A stretch of DNA of 64,000 nt from Octopus sinensis (lineage: Eukaryota). Within the stretch, counting starts at the first letter, position 1. Each line of letters opens with the position of its first letter. Both the position numbers and the translations under genes were made by a program. This document shows, in pieces, positions 39,691 through 54,419 of this stretch. The stretch covers positions 91,822,001 to 91,886,000 of the forward strand of contig NC_043006.1 in NCBI RefSeq assembly GCF_006345805.1, given 5' to 3'. The notes under the pieces were generated by a model that had not been told where the DNA came from, searched no databases, and saw only the letters and a program-made list of their open reading frames with translations.

Positions 39691-40829
39691 GTCTTTAAAA
39701 CCGAAAGACGTATCTGCATTGGGTTTGCCTAAGCTAAGGTAAATGGGGAAACTCTGGATGCGTGTTATCATAATTCTGCTCCCTCAATCTGGTTTGACAT
39801 GAAAATATACACAACGACAATGACGAGATTGTTAGCATTCAAATCAAGATTCAGAAAGAAAGAACTAATGAAGACATCCTGTTAGTTCTAGTCCTAATTC
39901 TGTAGACATCCAAGTTCCTGGTGAAATACTATATCGAGCAAAAGAATAGATTTTATACAGATCACGCGCATACATGGTCATAGACTACCCCATAACTTTA
40001 GATCACTGCCTGGGCCGTGGAAGACGCCTGTATTACAAGTGATTCGGATATTTTCAAGACGAGAAGTATTCTGTAGGATAGATTGCATATCCTATAATCA
40101 GTTAAAAGGAAGGCTCAGGACTCAGGAATAGCAGCAAAGCTCGCACCTTCTAACCATGTAGTATACCCGATGTTCATATAAGAACGTGGAGTAAATATAA
40201 ATGTTTTTATGCTATTTTATTTGTTTTACATCGCAAACGGTGAACAGAAGCAACGTTGGTTTAAGGTTTTTAAAATGAAAAATCATTAGTTGAAGGCATT
40301 TCCAATATTGAAATTTATTACAGCTTGTGGGACGAGGTATAAAGAAGCAGTGAGATTCGGTTTTTCGATGTTATTTCTGATGTACACAACATGAATAGCA
40401 TCCGTAAAAGTAAAGCAAATTCTGGCTTCATAGAACAAGGTTTTATCTACATTAACTGAACGGGCTTAGATTAATTATCCAAGCTCATGAGATGACAACA
40501 TACGAGAGTTATGTTTCGAATCGAGGATATTTCGTACGTCAGTTTGATATTTAAGAAGCAGAAGAACGGAAGTTGTGTTCACAGGTCAATGCAAATATGT
40601 GCATAAACACACACAACACTAACAAATATGCATCTGCGGAAGCAAGTACAAAGTACGCATACGTAAACATACACACACGCCACACATATATAGGCGCACA
40701 CACACACTTACGCACACAGATAATGTATATGTTATGTATCATTACATCACTATTTCAACTAGACTATCGGATGTTGTTATACATCGCTAATGACAATACA
40801 CTTCCTCATATGATCGAGGCTTTCGAATG

Positions 40830-41012
40830 ATGCTAACCCACTGGGTGGGCGGACAGGCCAACGTTCCCCTTGAACAGAATGCTAGGGGTGCCGATTGGAT
40901 TGACAACAAATGAAGTGATTTGCTCAAGAACACAACACACAGCCAGTCTGGAAATCGAAACCACTATCTCGCGATCGTGAATGCAATACTCTAACCATAA
41001 GCTACGAGCCTT
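40830..41012 (-). mobile_element. SINE body D, degenerate
   Basis: Minus: GTAGCTTATGGTTAGAGT..GGTTTCGATTTCC..GTGTTGTGTTCTTGAGCAAATCACTTCATTT. Confidence 0.65.
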
Positions 41013-41662
41013 TTACTTAATGTACGTATTTATGTATGTGCGTGTATATCGTGTGTTTAGGTACTTACATATATACATACATGCATATATATATTTATAT
41101 ACATATACACATATACGTATATATATATATGTATATGTAATTGATAACCACGAAGAAAGTGGATATTCTAAGTGTGTATATATATACATAAACACACACA
41201 ACTAGTGATGTGTTTTTAAATAACAAATATACAATAATAGTACACACAAAGTAACAGGAAAATAGGAAACAGTGGTGCAGTAGTGTACACACATACACAC
41301 ACATACACACACGCGCGACCCTCTCTCTCATTCACACACGCACACGCGAACATGCACACCCAGATACACGCACCCTACCCTCTCGCATATATAATATATA
41401 TATCATATATCAAATTGCCGGTAAAATTTAATCCGTAGGAAATGTAAAAGCATGTTTTTCTTTCGAAACCTAATACTGACATCGATGTGTTATCTATACA
41501 GGACTCGATGCTTCTTGCTACCTATTCTCACACTGAATGTCGGCTCCGTTTTTGCCATTGTTGCATTAATTTCTGGTGAGAAGGATCGCATTATTGTCAT
41601 TAACGTCGTAGGAGCTTCCGGTTTACTATGATGAGCGGTGATTATATATATTTCTCATCTGC

Positions 41663-41745
<83 letters not shown>

Positions 41746-42884
41746 ATATATGTATCCTCTTGGGGGCACAACGGGAATAGGTTTCCGCTTCACCAGAGTA
41801 GGAATAACTCAGAAAGGAAATAAGTGGCAAACACATGCATACACACACCACCACACACATACATACAAAAATACATACATACATACATACATATATATGT
41901 ATAACTATGCACATATATATATATATCATTAGTACATACGTATGTATAGGCGTAGGTATGTAAATATGACACGTGAATCTATACAGGACTCGACGCATGT
42001 ATTCGTGTATATATATATAATATATATTATATATAATATATATATATACATACATATACATATGTATATGCACATGTTTGTATGCATGTATGTATGTATT
42101 TATGTATCTGTGCGTATATATGTGTATGTATGGGGAGAGAGAGAAAAAGAAGAAAAAGAGGAAGTGATGGAGGAATTTCAGGGAAAATTTTAATGAAGGA
42201 AGTTGTGTGTTAAAAATTTCGAGTGCCAGATGGGAAATAATTTCCAAGAAAACTAACTGGAAAGAGGTAGAGGAGAGTGGGAGAGGAGAAACAAAATGGC
42301 AAACACTTGTATGAGAGAAAGAAACACTGTGAAAAGAAAGGAGGAAGGAGGGGGTTTAGGGAGAGAGTAATGATGTGATGGTGAGCAGGAGGGGGAAAGG
42401 ATTGAAATTAACGAAGAAAAAAAAAGAGTAGCAAATAATTAGGAGAGGAAGAGGAGAAAGACAGAGAGAGAGAGAGAGAGAGAAAAGGAGAGAGAAAGAG
42501 GAAGAGAATGAGGTAGAGAGAAGTTAAAGGAAAGGGAAACTAGATGGAGTAAGATATGCAAAACTAAAGGAAAAGCTGATTCGAAAAGAGATGGGTGAAA
42601 GGATGAAGTTGGAAATGAGAGGAAGGAGAGTATGCGACAGAATGTCACACACACACACACACACACATACACACACACAAACGCATACATGTATACATGC
42701 ATCTTTGTACATGTATATACATATAATTTATATGTATATGCATATCTATATATTCATATTCATACACATACGTAAATTGAGAGTAGGATTCAGTTTTACG
42801 ACCGTACGAATAACTCAGATATATATATATATATACACACACCCAATGTGATATTATTTATATTCTATATATATATATATATTA

Positions 42885-42924
<40 letters not shown>

Positions 42925-43132
42925 TATTATATATATAGTATATATACATATATATATACACATATATACATCTATATATATGTGTATATTATATGTATAT
43001 ATATATATATACACATATATGTATATATATCTGTGTATATATATATGTATACAATATATATATATATATACACATATATTATATGTATATAGTATATATA
43101 CATATATTTGTATATATATATGTTTGTATATA

Positions 43133-43163
<31 letters not shown>

Positions 43164-43675
43164 GTATCTATGTATATATGTATATATGTAATATATAATA
43201 TATATATGTATATATTTGTATATGTATACGTACATAAATATATGTATATATACATACATATATATATATTATATATATATATGTGTGTGTGTGTATGTGT
43301 GTATGTTTATGTATGCATGTATGTATGTATATACACAGAGAGTGAGAGAGGGGGAAATAAAATAGTGTGGAAAATGAAGGAGGAAAGCGAAAGTGATAGT
43401 AAATTGCAATAAAAGAATTAACTAGAACGGGAAAGGCTACGAATTAGTTTGGGACTCCCTTCTCCACCGCACAACACACACACACACACACACACACATA
43501 CACAACACACACACACGGGCAAACACATAAACATATATATATGTACGCGGATGGGGGAGAAGGTGTGACGGAGAAACATAGATGTAGAAAAACTGAAATG
43601 ATTTGCATAGTGAGAGTGATGGAGAAGGAAATAAAGGGAAAGGGAGAGAGAGAGTGTGGGAGAGAAGGTGACAGG

Positions 43676-43721
<46 letters not shown>

Positions 43722-43984
43722 TGGGTGTGAGAAGAGGAGGAATCCGAAATGACAAAGAAGGCGAGAAATTTGTGCAGAGGAAAACTTTGGAATAATTACA
43801 TTGTTATATCGATCAGTACGCAACATAATATCCACATAGAAACATTTGGAGTATGAGGCCTTTCACAACACACACACACTCTCACATACGCACACACATA
43901 CACACACATACACGCACACGCACACGCACATATGCACATACGCGTGCATAATATATGTAATAAATATATATATATATATACATA

Positions 43985-44037
<53 letters not shown>

Positions 44038-44038
44038 G

Positions 44039-44069
<31 letters not shown>

Positions 44070-44631
44070 TATATGTGTGTATATATATGCGTATGTGTGT
44101 TTGTGTATACATAGTGTTTACAGGCGCGTTCACATTTCCACAGATTCAACAGAAATTACGACAGCCTGAGCAAACGAGAACAGCGCCATCAACAAAAACA
44201 ACGTCGACGCGTTAAAACCACTTGTAACAACCGCTCCACCACCACTACCACCACCACCATCATCGCTAACAACAACAACAACATCACGAACAATAGTGTA
44301 AACAAGCTGAACGAATAGGAGGGACAGTAAAACTTATAGAAACGACAAGGCTCCTTTCTTTGAGAATGCGTATTCTTTCTTCGTCACCTCGAAGACAATA
44401 CTCTATACATTTAGGTGTATTGGAATTGCAATTCCCAAAGGCTGTTGTTTCAAATGGAGATGTGTAATTAGTTGTTCCAGCAAGAAGATTTGCTCAACCT
44501 ATCACTATGTCCTTCTCGCCGTTATTTGTCGTTTCTATTTTTACTGTAATGTCACTCGCTCAAATACCAACAACTTATAATTCCTTTCTGTTTGTCTTCA
44601 TATATCTACCGTTAGTTAAAATGTCTCTCTG

Positions 44632-44705
<74 letters not shown>

Positions 44706-45364
44706 GATCTATGTATGTATGTATGTATGTATGTATGTATCTATCTTTCGATCTATGTATGTATGTATGTATGTATGTATCTATCTATTTATCTTTCTAC
44801 CTCTATCTAACTACCTATCTAACTATCTCTATCCAGCCATCCATCCATCCTTCTTTCTGCATATATTCTTCGTCTATTTGTGTCTGTCGAAGTCAGTATT
44901 TACTTTTGTGTCGGCAAGAGGACACCAGTGATATTAGCTTCTAATGAAAGCGTGTATTTGTTCTAAACACACATTGTTGTATACCCAATGGAATTATCCT
45001 TATTTATAATTGTATACAATTATATAACGAGTTCCGTGTAGAGGTGAAGAGTTGGCAACTTGCCTCTGTGACTGATGTTTTGTTTTACGACACTAGATTT
45101 TCCTTTCATTTCCATCTTTATCGTCCTTAAGGGGGAGGCACAAATGTTGCGTAATATAATTTATTCTCCACATAAATCTGAGTTACGTAAAACTAAATAC
45201 GAGAGTCCTAAAGTTATATCATTCGTGTAAAAAATGGTGTTACACTGTTTAGAAGCTTCTTATGAGAATATCTGGTGGTTTCACCGACAGTAATACCACT
45301 TTCTACGAACAAAATAGGATTGAAGGCGCACAAAGGGCACTCGAACTATAATAAGATATACATT

Positions 45365-45541
45365 ATTGGTTTCAAATTTTGGCACAAAGCCAGCAATTTC
45401 AGGAGGGAAGGGCAAGCCTATTACATCGACCCCCAGTCTTCAACTCGTAGTTATTTTGCCCACTTCGAAGAATAAATAGCAGAGTCGACCTCGGTCGAAT
45501 TTGAACTCAGAATGTAAAGACAGACGAAATGCCGCTAAGCT
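45365..45541 (-). mobile_element. SINE family A
   Basis: AGTCGACCTCGGTCGAATTTGAACTCAGAATGTAAAGACAGACGAAAT. Confidence 0.75.
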
Positions 45542-45560
45542 CACCTTATATATATATACA

Positions 45561-45940
45561 TGGAGGCACAATGGCCCAGTGGTTAGGGCAGCGGACTCGC
45601 GGTCGTAGGATCGCTGTTTCGATTCCCAAACCGGGCGTTGTGAGTGTTTATTGAACGAAAACACCTAAAGCTCCACAAGGCTCCGACAAGGCGGGTGGCG
45701 AACCTTGCTGCACTTTTTCACCATGACTTTCTTTCACTCTCTCTTCCTGTTTCTGTTGTACCTGTATTTCAAAGGACCAGCCTTGTCATACTCTGTGTGA
45801 CGCTGAATCTCCCCAAGAACTACGTTAAGGGTACACGTGTCTGTGATGTGTTTAGCCACTTGCACGTAAATTTCACAAGCAGGCTGTTCCGTTGATCAGA
45901 TCAACTGGAACCGTCGTCGTCGTAACCGACGGAGTGCCAC
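45561..45940 (+). mobile_element. Full-length SINE, head/body C with tail type 1
   Basis: TGGCCCAGTGG A box and GTTTCGATTCC B box; tail GTACCTGTATTTCAAAGG...GTAACCGACGGAGTGCC. Confidence 0.88.
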
Positions 45941-45959
45941 GATATATGTATATATATAT

Positions 45960-46090
45960 ATTGAGATCTGGGGACTGTGGTGGCCAGATAAGATGTTAAA
46001 TTTCACTTGAGTGTTCCTCGTTCCATTCAGTAACAACTATGGCTGTGTGAAATGGTGCATTATCATCCTGAAAGATTGCGTTTCCATCAC
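45960..46090 (-). pseudogene. Tc1-family transposase catalytic-region fragment
   Basis: Manual translation: DGNAIFQDDNAPFHTAIVVTEWNEEHSSEI*HLIWPPQSPDLN. Confidence 0.85.
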
Positions 46091-46572
46091 TGGAATTGTA
46101 AAAATTCCAGAAGTTTATCATTTAAATATATATGAGCATGTCAAGATATGCAACTATATGCATGAGAATACATATATAAAATAGAGCATACAAATCTGCA
46201 CATATACATACATACATATATACAAAAATACCCTGTGGTTGATTTTGAAATTCCAATGAAGGAGCCTTGGATCTAGGTTAGAAACCGGCTCTTTCTCTAT
46301 TAGCAAGAAATCTTAAAATAAAACTGAATAATGACATACAGACACACATACATACATATATACATACATAGATGCATGCATGCATACATACATAGACATA
46401 CATACATATATAATACACGCATAAGTCATAATTATATACAGAATTTTAATAACATAAACCAGAGATGCACGGCTAGTACGCGAGTGGGTCTTATACAATC
46501 ACCCACATTGTATCCATTTTTCCCACATACATCTATATGTATGCATATATATGCATACACATACACGCACAC

Positions 46573-46649
<77 letters not shown>

Positions 46650-48802
46650 CCTATCTTTCTATCTATCTATTTATATATATATATATAAGGTATATAGGAG
46701 GTAGATAGATAAATACATGCATATATACATATATATGTCTATCAGTTAGCACGAATGAGATCATTCCATCGTTCAGAGTAGACTGATGTACATTTTAACC
46801 ACAGCACGAAGACATGTTGACAAACAGTGCCTAAAAATGCTTTCTCTCCACGTATAAAAAAAAGTGTATTGTGCAAGATTAATCAGAAATTCACACACCG
46901 AGCTCAACAAATCAATGTATATCTGGCCTAGATAGAGACACATGAACAACCAACGATCACAAACGCGCAAACAAACATGTCTTGGTTAATACAAATAGAA
47001 ACGGAACAATTATACAACGTTACATACACTGGAAGCAACAGAAACACACAAAGATTCGTATGAACTTTTATTCTTCCATGCAATTATTGTCACATCGCTT
47101 AACCCTCGTCTGATTTTGTCTCCAGGGAAATGCAAATGGTTAGTAAACATATAAAATGATAGATTGAGGCAGACACTTTTTTCTTCTATTTAGCCAACGA
47201 GATTAAATATATGTTAAAAACACATTCACATCCTCAGGTGTGTGACCAGAATTATGTATATGTGTCGTGTGCTCGTGTATGTGTGTATGTGTTTTAGAGA
47301 GAGAGGAAGAGATAAAGAGAAAGTGAGATAGGAAGAGATAAAGAGAGGAAGAGCGAGAAAGAGAGAGAGAGAGTGAGGATGAGTGATATTACAAATGTCA
47401 TTTATTCTCTCGTGTAATAGATGCGAAAGACGAAGCTTTAACCAAATGGATTATCAATAAATATGATAAGAAAGAAAGAGTAAAAACTGAAAAAAGCATC
47501 AAAGCGTTTCCAGTCGGCCTGTTAATCAAGGGGATTGCGATTAGAAAATCGATGTTTCAGTTTTTTTTGGTATGGAATGCTATTTATTTGATAACAAATT
47601 ATATGCACATAGGATATGAGTTGTAAAATGTGACTATCGTATCGTTCACCTCCATGACAGTGGTTATATATATATATGTTCCTGTGGGCACACACAAACA
47701 TACACTTCACACACAAAAGAATGTATACATCGATATGTAAGTATGTATGTAGGTATGCATGCATGTATGTATGTATGTATGCATGCATATATATATGTAC
47801 ATGCAAATACATACACATATACACATACGCATACACACATATATATATATATATGTGTATATATATATATCCTGAATTGTAGATACTCTTAGCTCTTAGA
47901 ATCATACGGCAAGCACTTTCTAAAATAATACGTTTTGCAGGAAATATTGTCCCAAGAGAACCGTATAGAAGGTACAACCGAGCCAGCATATACATACACA
48001 CACACATATACATACATACATACATACATACATAAATACGCACGTGCATATATATATATATATAAATATATTTAAATATAAAAGTATATCCCTGATGACA
48101 ATATCTACTTCATTACTATTAATATTTACGTTAGAACATTCATCCAAGCAAATCTATCAGTCAGGCCATATTTGATTTTCTGTGACAAGAAGCCAACAAA
48201 ACATAACGATATTCACTTGTAGAATCCATTATCCAACTCTCGCTGTGAATGTGATACGTGTTAGAAAAACCGTCAACTCTATGTTCTCAATTAATGCAGA
48301 TTTTGCAGCTGTTGTGCACTACCTGTGATATGTGTTACAATTATTGTTGTTGTTTCCCCGTTGAGAAGGTAGGATACTGAAAGATAAAAACATTAAAAAC
48401 TAGAATGTGAATTTTTCAACATGTTACGAGTGTTCTTTAAGTCTGCGTTTGGCAACTAAAGAACAGAATCGTAAAAGAATTTTAGAAAATGCATGGCTGT
48501 ATGTATTCCGCCTTATACTGTTTTGAGGTTCAATTTCTGCCAAAGTCATACTTTACTTTCTCTCTTTCTGGAGTTGATAAATAAATTACCAATATACGGT
48601 GCTGGACTGGCGGAACTTATTAGAATATGAAGCGAGACGCCTTGCAGTATTTGTTCCTGTATTATGCTCCAAACCTTATACACCAACTCTTTTTTCCATC
48701 TTATACTGAGCGTCATTGTGTACGTCTTTTTGACTCTTGTTATTTTTAATTTTCGATTTGCCTACAAATATATAAATATAACTAAATAAATAAATAAATA
48801 AA

Positions 48803-48863
<61 letters not shown>

Positions 48864-48989
48864 TATATTAAGGGCTAAAGAGGGTTATTCTAAAGCCAAA
48901 TACACGTTTTATCCACTTATAATCCGCTTGCTACAGAAATTGAAACTGAAAACGGGCAACTAACCTTTAGAAAATTTAAATTTCGTTAT

Positions 48990-49053
48990 CTCTATATTGA
49001 ATCAATTTCGGACTTAATCTTATAAAAAAAGATATATTCCTTCTTCAGTAGAA
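48990..49053 (-). ncRNA. Type I hammerhead ribozyme
   Basis: Minus: TTCTA CTGAAGA A GGA..TCC GAAA TTGATTCAA TA TAGAG. Confidence 0.8.
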
Positions 49054-50466
49054 CTTTCGATGGGATAATAAAATACTCAATGATATCAAGGAAAAAGATG
49101 GAAAAAAGCAAAAGCAGCTAAAAACAAATACACTTGAGTACATCACTTATATCTAAAAATAAAAATTCTTTGGTCAGCCTCAGAAAACAACGTCCAGACC
49201 TTTCGCCGCTACAAATTGTAATGGTTACCATCCTCCTGTAGCAAGCATCGAGTTACTACTAAGCAATATAGGATGAAGTCCCTTACTCTACAGCAAAGGA
49301 ATTCATCAGGAAGCGTGGGCAGTATATTTAAAAAAACCGTTACGTTGCAATATACATCATATAATTAAGGGCTAAAGAGGGTTATTCTAAAGCCAAATAC
49401 ACTGTTTTATCCACTTATAATCCGCTTGCTACAGGAAAATTGAAACTGAAAACGGGCAACAACCTTTAGAAAATTTAAATTTCTTTATCTCATATTGAAT
49501 CAATTTCGACTTAATCTTATAAAAAAGATATTTCCTTCTTCATTAGAACTTTCGATGGGATATATAAATAAAATACTCACGTATGATCATGGAAAAAGCA
49601 CAAGCTAAAAACATAACTACACTTGAGTACATCACTTATTCTAAAATAAAAATTCTTTGGTCAGCCTCAGAAAACAACGTCCAGACCTTTCGCCGCTACA
49701 AATTGTAATGGTTACCATCCTCCTGTAGCAAGCATCGAGTTTACTACTAAGCAATATAGGATGAAGTCCCTTACTCTACAGCAAAGGAATTCATCAGGAG
49801 CGTGGGCAGTATATTTAAAAAAACCGTTACGGTTGCAATATACATCATATAATTAAGGGCTAAAGAGGGTTATTCTAAGCCAAATACACTGTTTTATCCA
49901 CTTATAATCCGCTTGCTACAGGAAAATTGAAACTGAAAACGGGCAACTAACCTTAGAAAATTTAAATTTCGTTATCTCTCTATTGAATCAATTTCGGACT
50001 TAATCTTATAAAAAAAATATATTCCTTCTTCAGTAGAACTTTCGATGGGATATAAATAAAATACTCACGTATGATCATGGAAAAAGCACAAGCTAAAAAC
50101 ATAACTACACTTGAGTACATCACTTATATCTAAAAATAAAAATTCTTTGGTCAGCCTCAGAAAACAACGTCCAGACCTTTCGCCGCTACAAATTGTAATG
50201 GTTACCAGTCCTCCTGTAGCAAGCATCGAGTTACTACTAAGCAATATAGGATGAAGTCCCTTACTCTACAGCAAGGAATTCATCAGAAGCGTGGGCAGTA
50301 TATTTAAAAAAACCGTTACGGTTGCAATATACATCATATAATTAAGGGCTAAAGAGGGTTATTCTAAAGCCAAATACACTGTTTTATCCACTTATAATCC
50401 GCTTGCTACAGGAAAATTGAAACTGAAAACGGGCAACTAACCTTTAGAAAATTTAAATTTCGTTAT

Positions 50467-50529
50467 CTCTATATTGAATCAATTTCGGACTTAATCTTTA
50501 AAAAAAGATATATTCCTTCTTCAGTAGAA
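50467..50529 (-). ncRNA. Type I hammerhead ribozyme
   Basis: Minus: TTCTA CTGAAGA A GGAATATATCTTT..AAAGATTAAGTCC GAAA TTGATTCAA TA TAGAG. Confidence 0.8.
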
Positions 50530-50961
50530 CTTTCGATGGGATATAAATAAAATACTCACGTATGATCATGGAAAAAGCACAAGCTAAAAACATAACTACA
50601 CTTGAGTACATCACTTATATCTAAAAATAAAAATTCTTTGGTCAGCCTCAGAAAACAACGTCCAGACCTTTCGCGCGCTACAATTGTAATGGTTACCAGT
50701 CCTCCTGTAGCAAGCATCGAGTTACTACTAAGCAATATAGGATGAAGTCCCTTACTCTACAGCAAAGGAATTCATCAGGAAGCGTGGGCAGTAGTATATT
50801 TAAAAAAACCGTTACGGTTGCAATATACATCATATAATTAAGGGCTAAAGAGGGTTATTCTAAAGCCAAATACACTGTTTTATCCACTTATAATCCGCTT
50901 GCTACAGGAAAATTGAAACTGAAAACGGGCAACTAACCTTAGAAAATTTAAATTTCGTTAT

Positions 50962-51024
50962 CTCTATATTGAATCAATTTCGGACTTAATCTTATAAAAA
51001 AGATATATTCCTTCTTCAGTAGAA
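50962..51024 (-). ncRNA. Type I hammerhead ribozyme
   Basis: Same motif; the copies near 49487 and 49975 carry disrupting variants. Confidence 0.8.
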
Positions 51025-51228
51025 CTTTCGATGGGATGTAAATAAAATACTCACGTATGATCATGGAAAAAGCACAAGCTAAAAACATAACTACACTTGA
51101 GTACATCACTTATATCTAAAAATAAAAATTCTTTGGTCAGCCTCAGAAAACAACGTCCAGACCTTTCGCCGCTACAAATTGTAATGGTTACCAGTCCTCC
51201 TGTAGCAAGCATCGAGTTTACTACTAAG

Positions 51229-51271
<43 letters not shown>

Positions 51272-51299
51272 TAAGCATACATATATACATACATATATA

Positions 51300-51610
51300 T
51301 AGGCCTGGCTTAGCCTCGGTTACAATGACGTGTTCCAGTTAATCCGATCAACGGGACGGTCGAAAATTCCGCAAAGAAGGACCCGCGTACCCTGAACGTA
51401 GATCTCAATGAGATTCAGCATGACACACTGAATGTAACAAGGCCGGTCCTGTTGAATTACAGGTACAACTCATTCTTGCCAGCTGAGTGCACTGGAAGAA
51501 CATCAAACAAAATGTTTTGCTCCAGAACATAACGCGCCGTTGGGAATGGAACACACAACTTTACCACTGCTAGCCGAATACCCCTAGCCGATACTCATCG
51601 CGCCTTCACG
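51300..51610 (-). mobile_element. Degenerate SINE, body D with tail type 1
   Basis: Minus: CCAGTGCACTCAGCTGGCAAGAATGAGTTGTACCTGTAATTCAACAGGACCGGCCTTGT...CCGTTGATCGGATTAACTGGAAC. Confidence 0.7.
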
Positions 51611-51651
51611 ATGAGTATATGTGAGTGTATAAACTCACTCACTCACTCACA

Positions 51652-51682
<31 letters not shown>

Positions 51683-51744
51683 CACACCACACACATATAT
51701 ATATATATATTATATATATATATATATATATAATATATATATAT

Positions 51745-52198
51745 GTCACAATGAGGACATAAGGATATTTTTATCCAAAATACGCTGGTTTAATATGTAT
51801 TTTGGAGAGATAATTTTTCGTCCATGCATATATTATATGAAATATCATAAAATACCAAGTATTATTATTATTTAGTTTGAAAACGGAAAGATCTAGTGGA
51901 TAGAAATTAATTTATTAGTTAATTAACATATTAACCTACAATTGTATCATTTCATAACCAAAATTAAAACTCCAAAACATAAATAAATATATAATCTTTC
52001 ATTCTGGAATACCTTCAATGGAAAATTATTCTGAGGATTTTCCATCCAAGGTATTGCAGAATGCAAGATTATATATTTATTTATGCTTTGGAGTTTTAAT
52101 TTTGGTTATGAAATGAAACAATTGTAGGTTAATATGTTAATTAACTAATGAATTAATTTCTATCCACTAGATCTCTCCGTTTTCAAACTTAATAATTA
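51745..52198 (-). mobile_element. Foldback Penelope-like insert in (TA)n
   Basis: ~155 bp arms 51872-52025 / 52037-52197 containing GAAA CAATTG TA GGTT; unique tail 51745-51870. Confidence 0.7.
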
Positions 52199-52579
52199 TA
52201 TATATATATACATACATGCACACACACCTCCCCACAGCGCACACCAAGTCGCCACATATATATATATATATTCGTGCATATGTTTGTGTGCGTGTGTTTG
52301 TGTCTATGTTTATGTCAGCGTGTATGTACGTTTCATAAATATGTGTGTAGGTGCGCATTTAGAAATAGGACATGATTTATTATCCAGACTCTCGCACAAG
52401 TGAAACTCTTAGTTGCGACAGAGTACACCAGCAGCATTTAAAAAAAAATTCAAACTGTGCTACGTACATTTTTTTCTGTTTGGAATTCAAACCCTTAACT
52501 CTCCGTTTCATTTCCTCTCCTTTTTCTTGATGCATACCTACATATATACGCATATCTCTATGTATGTGAATGTATATAT

Positions 52580-52613
<34 letters not shown>

Positions 52614-52656
52614 ATATATATATATATATAAATACATACTTTATATACACACACAA

Positions 52657-52701
<45 letters not shown>

Positions 52702-53789
52702 CGTACTACATATATACAAACACATATATATCATATATATTTGTATATATATGTATATGTGTATGCATGCATGTATATATGTATATATGCATATGTGTAT
52801 GTATATGCAACATACATTCCTGGATGCTCGCGGAAATAATGGCAATGAAATACCAGAACACAAATGACAACAACATTTCTCAGATCCTTTGAACATGTTA
52901 CATGGTTTATTTTATTCAGCTCAGCAGAATAATTTGTTTTGATCTTTTGGTGTCAATTGGTAGAGAAAGCGGAGGAATTCTGCTAGATTTGTGCCGATCA
53001 GTATTTATAATGTAGTTTCGATTCTCAAATGACATGCTCTGATGTTATTTATGTCAGTTACACTCTTAGAAAAAGCATTCCTATCACACCAAACAATGCA
53101 CGTTCTTCTGAAGTCTATTGAACTAATTCCGCGTAGATTTATTAAAAGTGTGGCGGATAAGGCGAATGGTTCTCTCAGTTTACTGCACTGCAATCGGCAA
53201 AAAATATAAATATGTGAGACATAAAATGAATGTAGAATCACAAAAATATGTTTATCTCACATTATAACCTGAAACTGCACTTAGGAATTTAACTGAGAAA
53301 TTGAGACTGTTAAGTTTAGGCAAACAATCCTATAAACTATTACTAAATGTGATAAAATGATGTATTCGACTTTCTATTGAAACGCAGGCGCCATTTTATG
53401 TCATGTTTTCGAATATAAAATCAAAACAGCGTCAAAAGTCGGGTAGCACTCATAACATTTATAAAGCAACCTTACCAAAATTCTTTGTAGAAATCTGTTT
53501 TACTTTTTTTTACTGATTCCAGTCAATGGATTGCTGTTATGTGCAGGCTCGGTGGGTTTTACCAGAGTATACAATCCCTACAAAATACTAAACGCAGACT
53601 GGGGAATGCTTTAAAGGATGGGGGACTAAATGGGAAATTGGTAAAGAAGTATATTTCTGTTTGAATATAAATGTCTTTCCCCCTACGTTAACATAATCAA
53701 ACACACAAGAGCTTCGTCTGCAGTGCTGATATATATACGGATTATACATTTTTTTATTCATTTACAAGATTCAGTCATATATATATATA

Positions 53790-54034
53790 TACACTTACAT
53801 ATACGTCACTAAGGGGAACAAGTGCACTAATCAGCATCAGTATTGCTAGAAATAAGAGTCAAAGCACCTCAAAAGCCACAAAAGTATTATCTTAATGAGC
53901 AGTTGTGGCTATTGAGTTGTTTCGGCTCTTATTTCTAGCAATACTTCTGCTGATTAGTGCACTTGTTCCCTTTAGTGACGTATATTTTTCTGTCTTTAGG
54001 TTGTAAAATTACAAATTAGCCACCCATATTATTT
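53790..54034 (+). mobile_element. Foldback insert in microsatellite context
   Basis: Arms 53791-53880 / 53903-53983; tail ends CCACCCATATTATTT. Confidence 0.65.
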
Positions 54035-54056
54035 ACACAAACACACACACACACAC

Positions 54057-54091
<35 letters not shown>

Positions 54092-54419
54092 TATATACAC
54101 ATAAACACACATACTCATATATACATGCATATATGTATTCATACATATCTTTATTTCTAGCATTTCCGGTGAGTGACCCCATAAATCTGTAAATGAATTT
54201 GTACGTTATAGTTGAAATAGTCTCAGTAAGGGATTCCTTTAGTTTCAAAACCCATATTTGAAGCCTCAGAAAGTCATTAAATAATGCCTTAGAAAGACAT
54301 CACTAAATGTCTTTCTAAGGAACCTTTCATTACCACATGTGTACATGAATGCATGCATGCTTGCATATATTATTATATTACAGACACATGTATCAAAACA
54401 GGAGATTAAAAGAAGCAGT

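Larger units (their letters stand above)
48862..51232 (-). mobile_element. Tandem array of ~4.8 x 488-497 bp monomers, one hammerhead per monomer (retrozyme-like)
   Basis: AAGGGCTAAAG at 48870, 49367, 49855, 50344 and 50840; (TA)n on both flanks; no long ORF. Confidence 0.88.

Noticed and set aside
42130-44400. Purine-rich and (CAC)/(AAC) region as a host promoter or 5' UTR exon
   Set aside because: Only low-complexity composition; no ORF or confirmable splice structure
46228-46340. CCAATGAAGG..GAAACCGG motif as a hammerhead
   Set aside because: Core has two changes and stem I does not pair; possibly a decayed Penelope-like end, but unsupported
49300-49315. Second CTGATGA per monomer of the 490 bp array (minus strand)
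   Set aside because: No matching stem II/GAAA/stem III arrangement found
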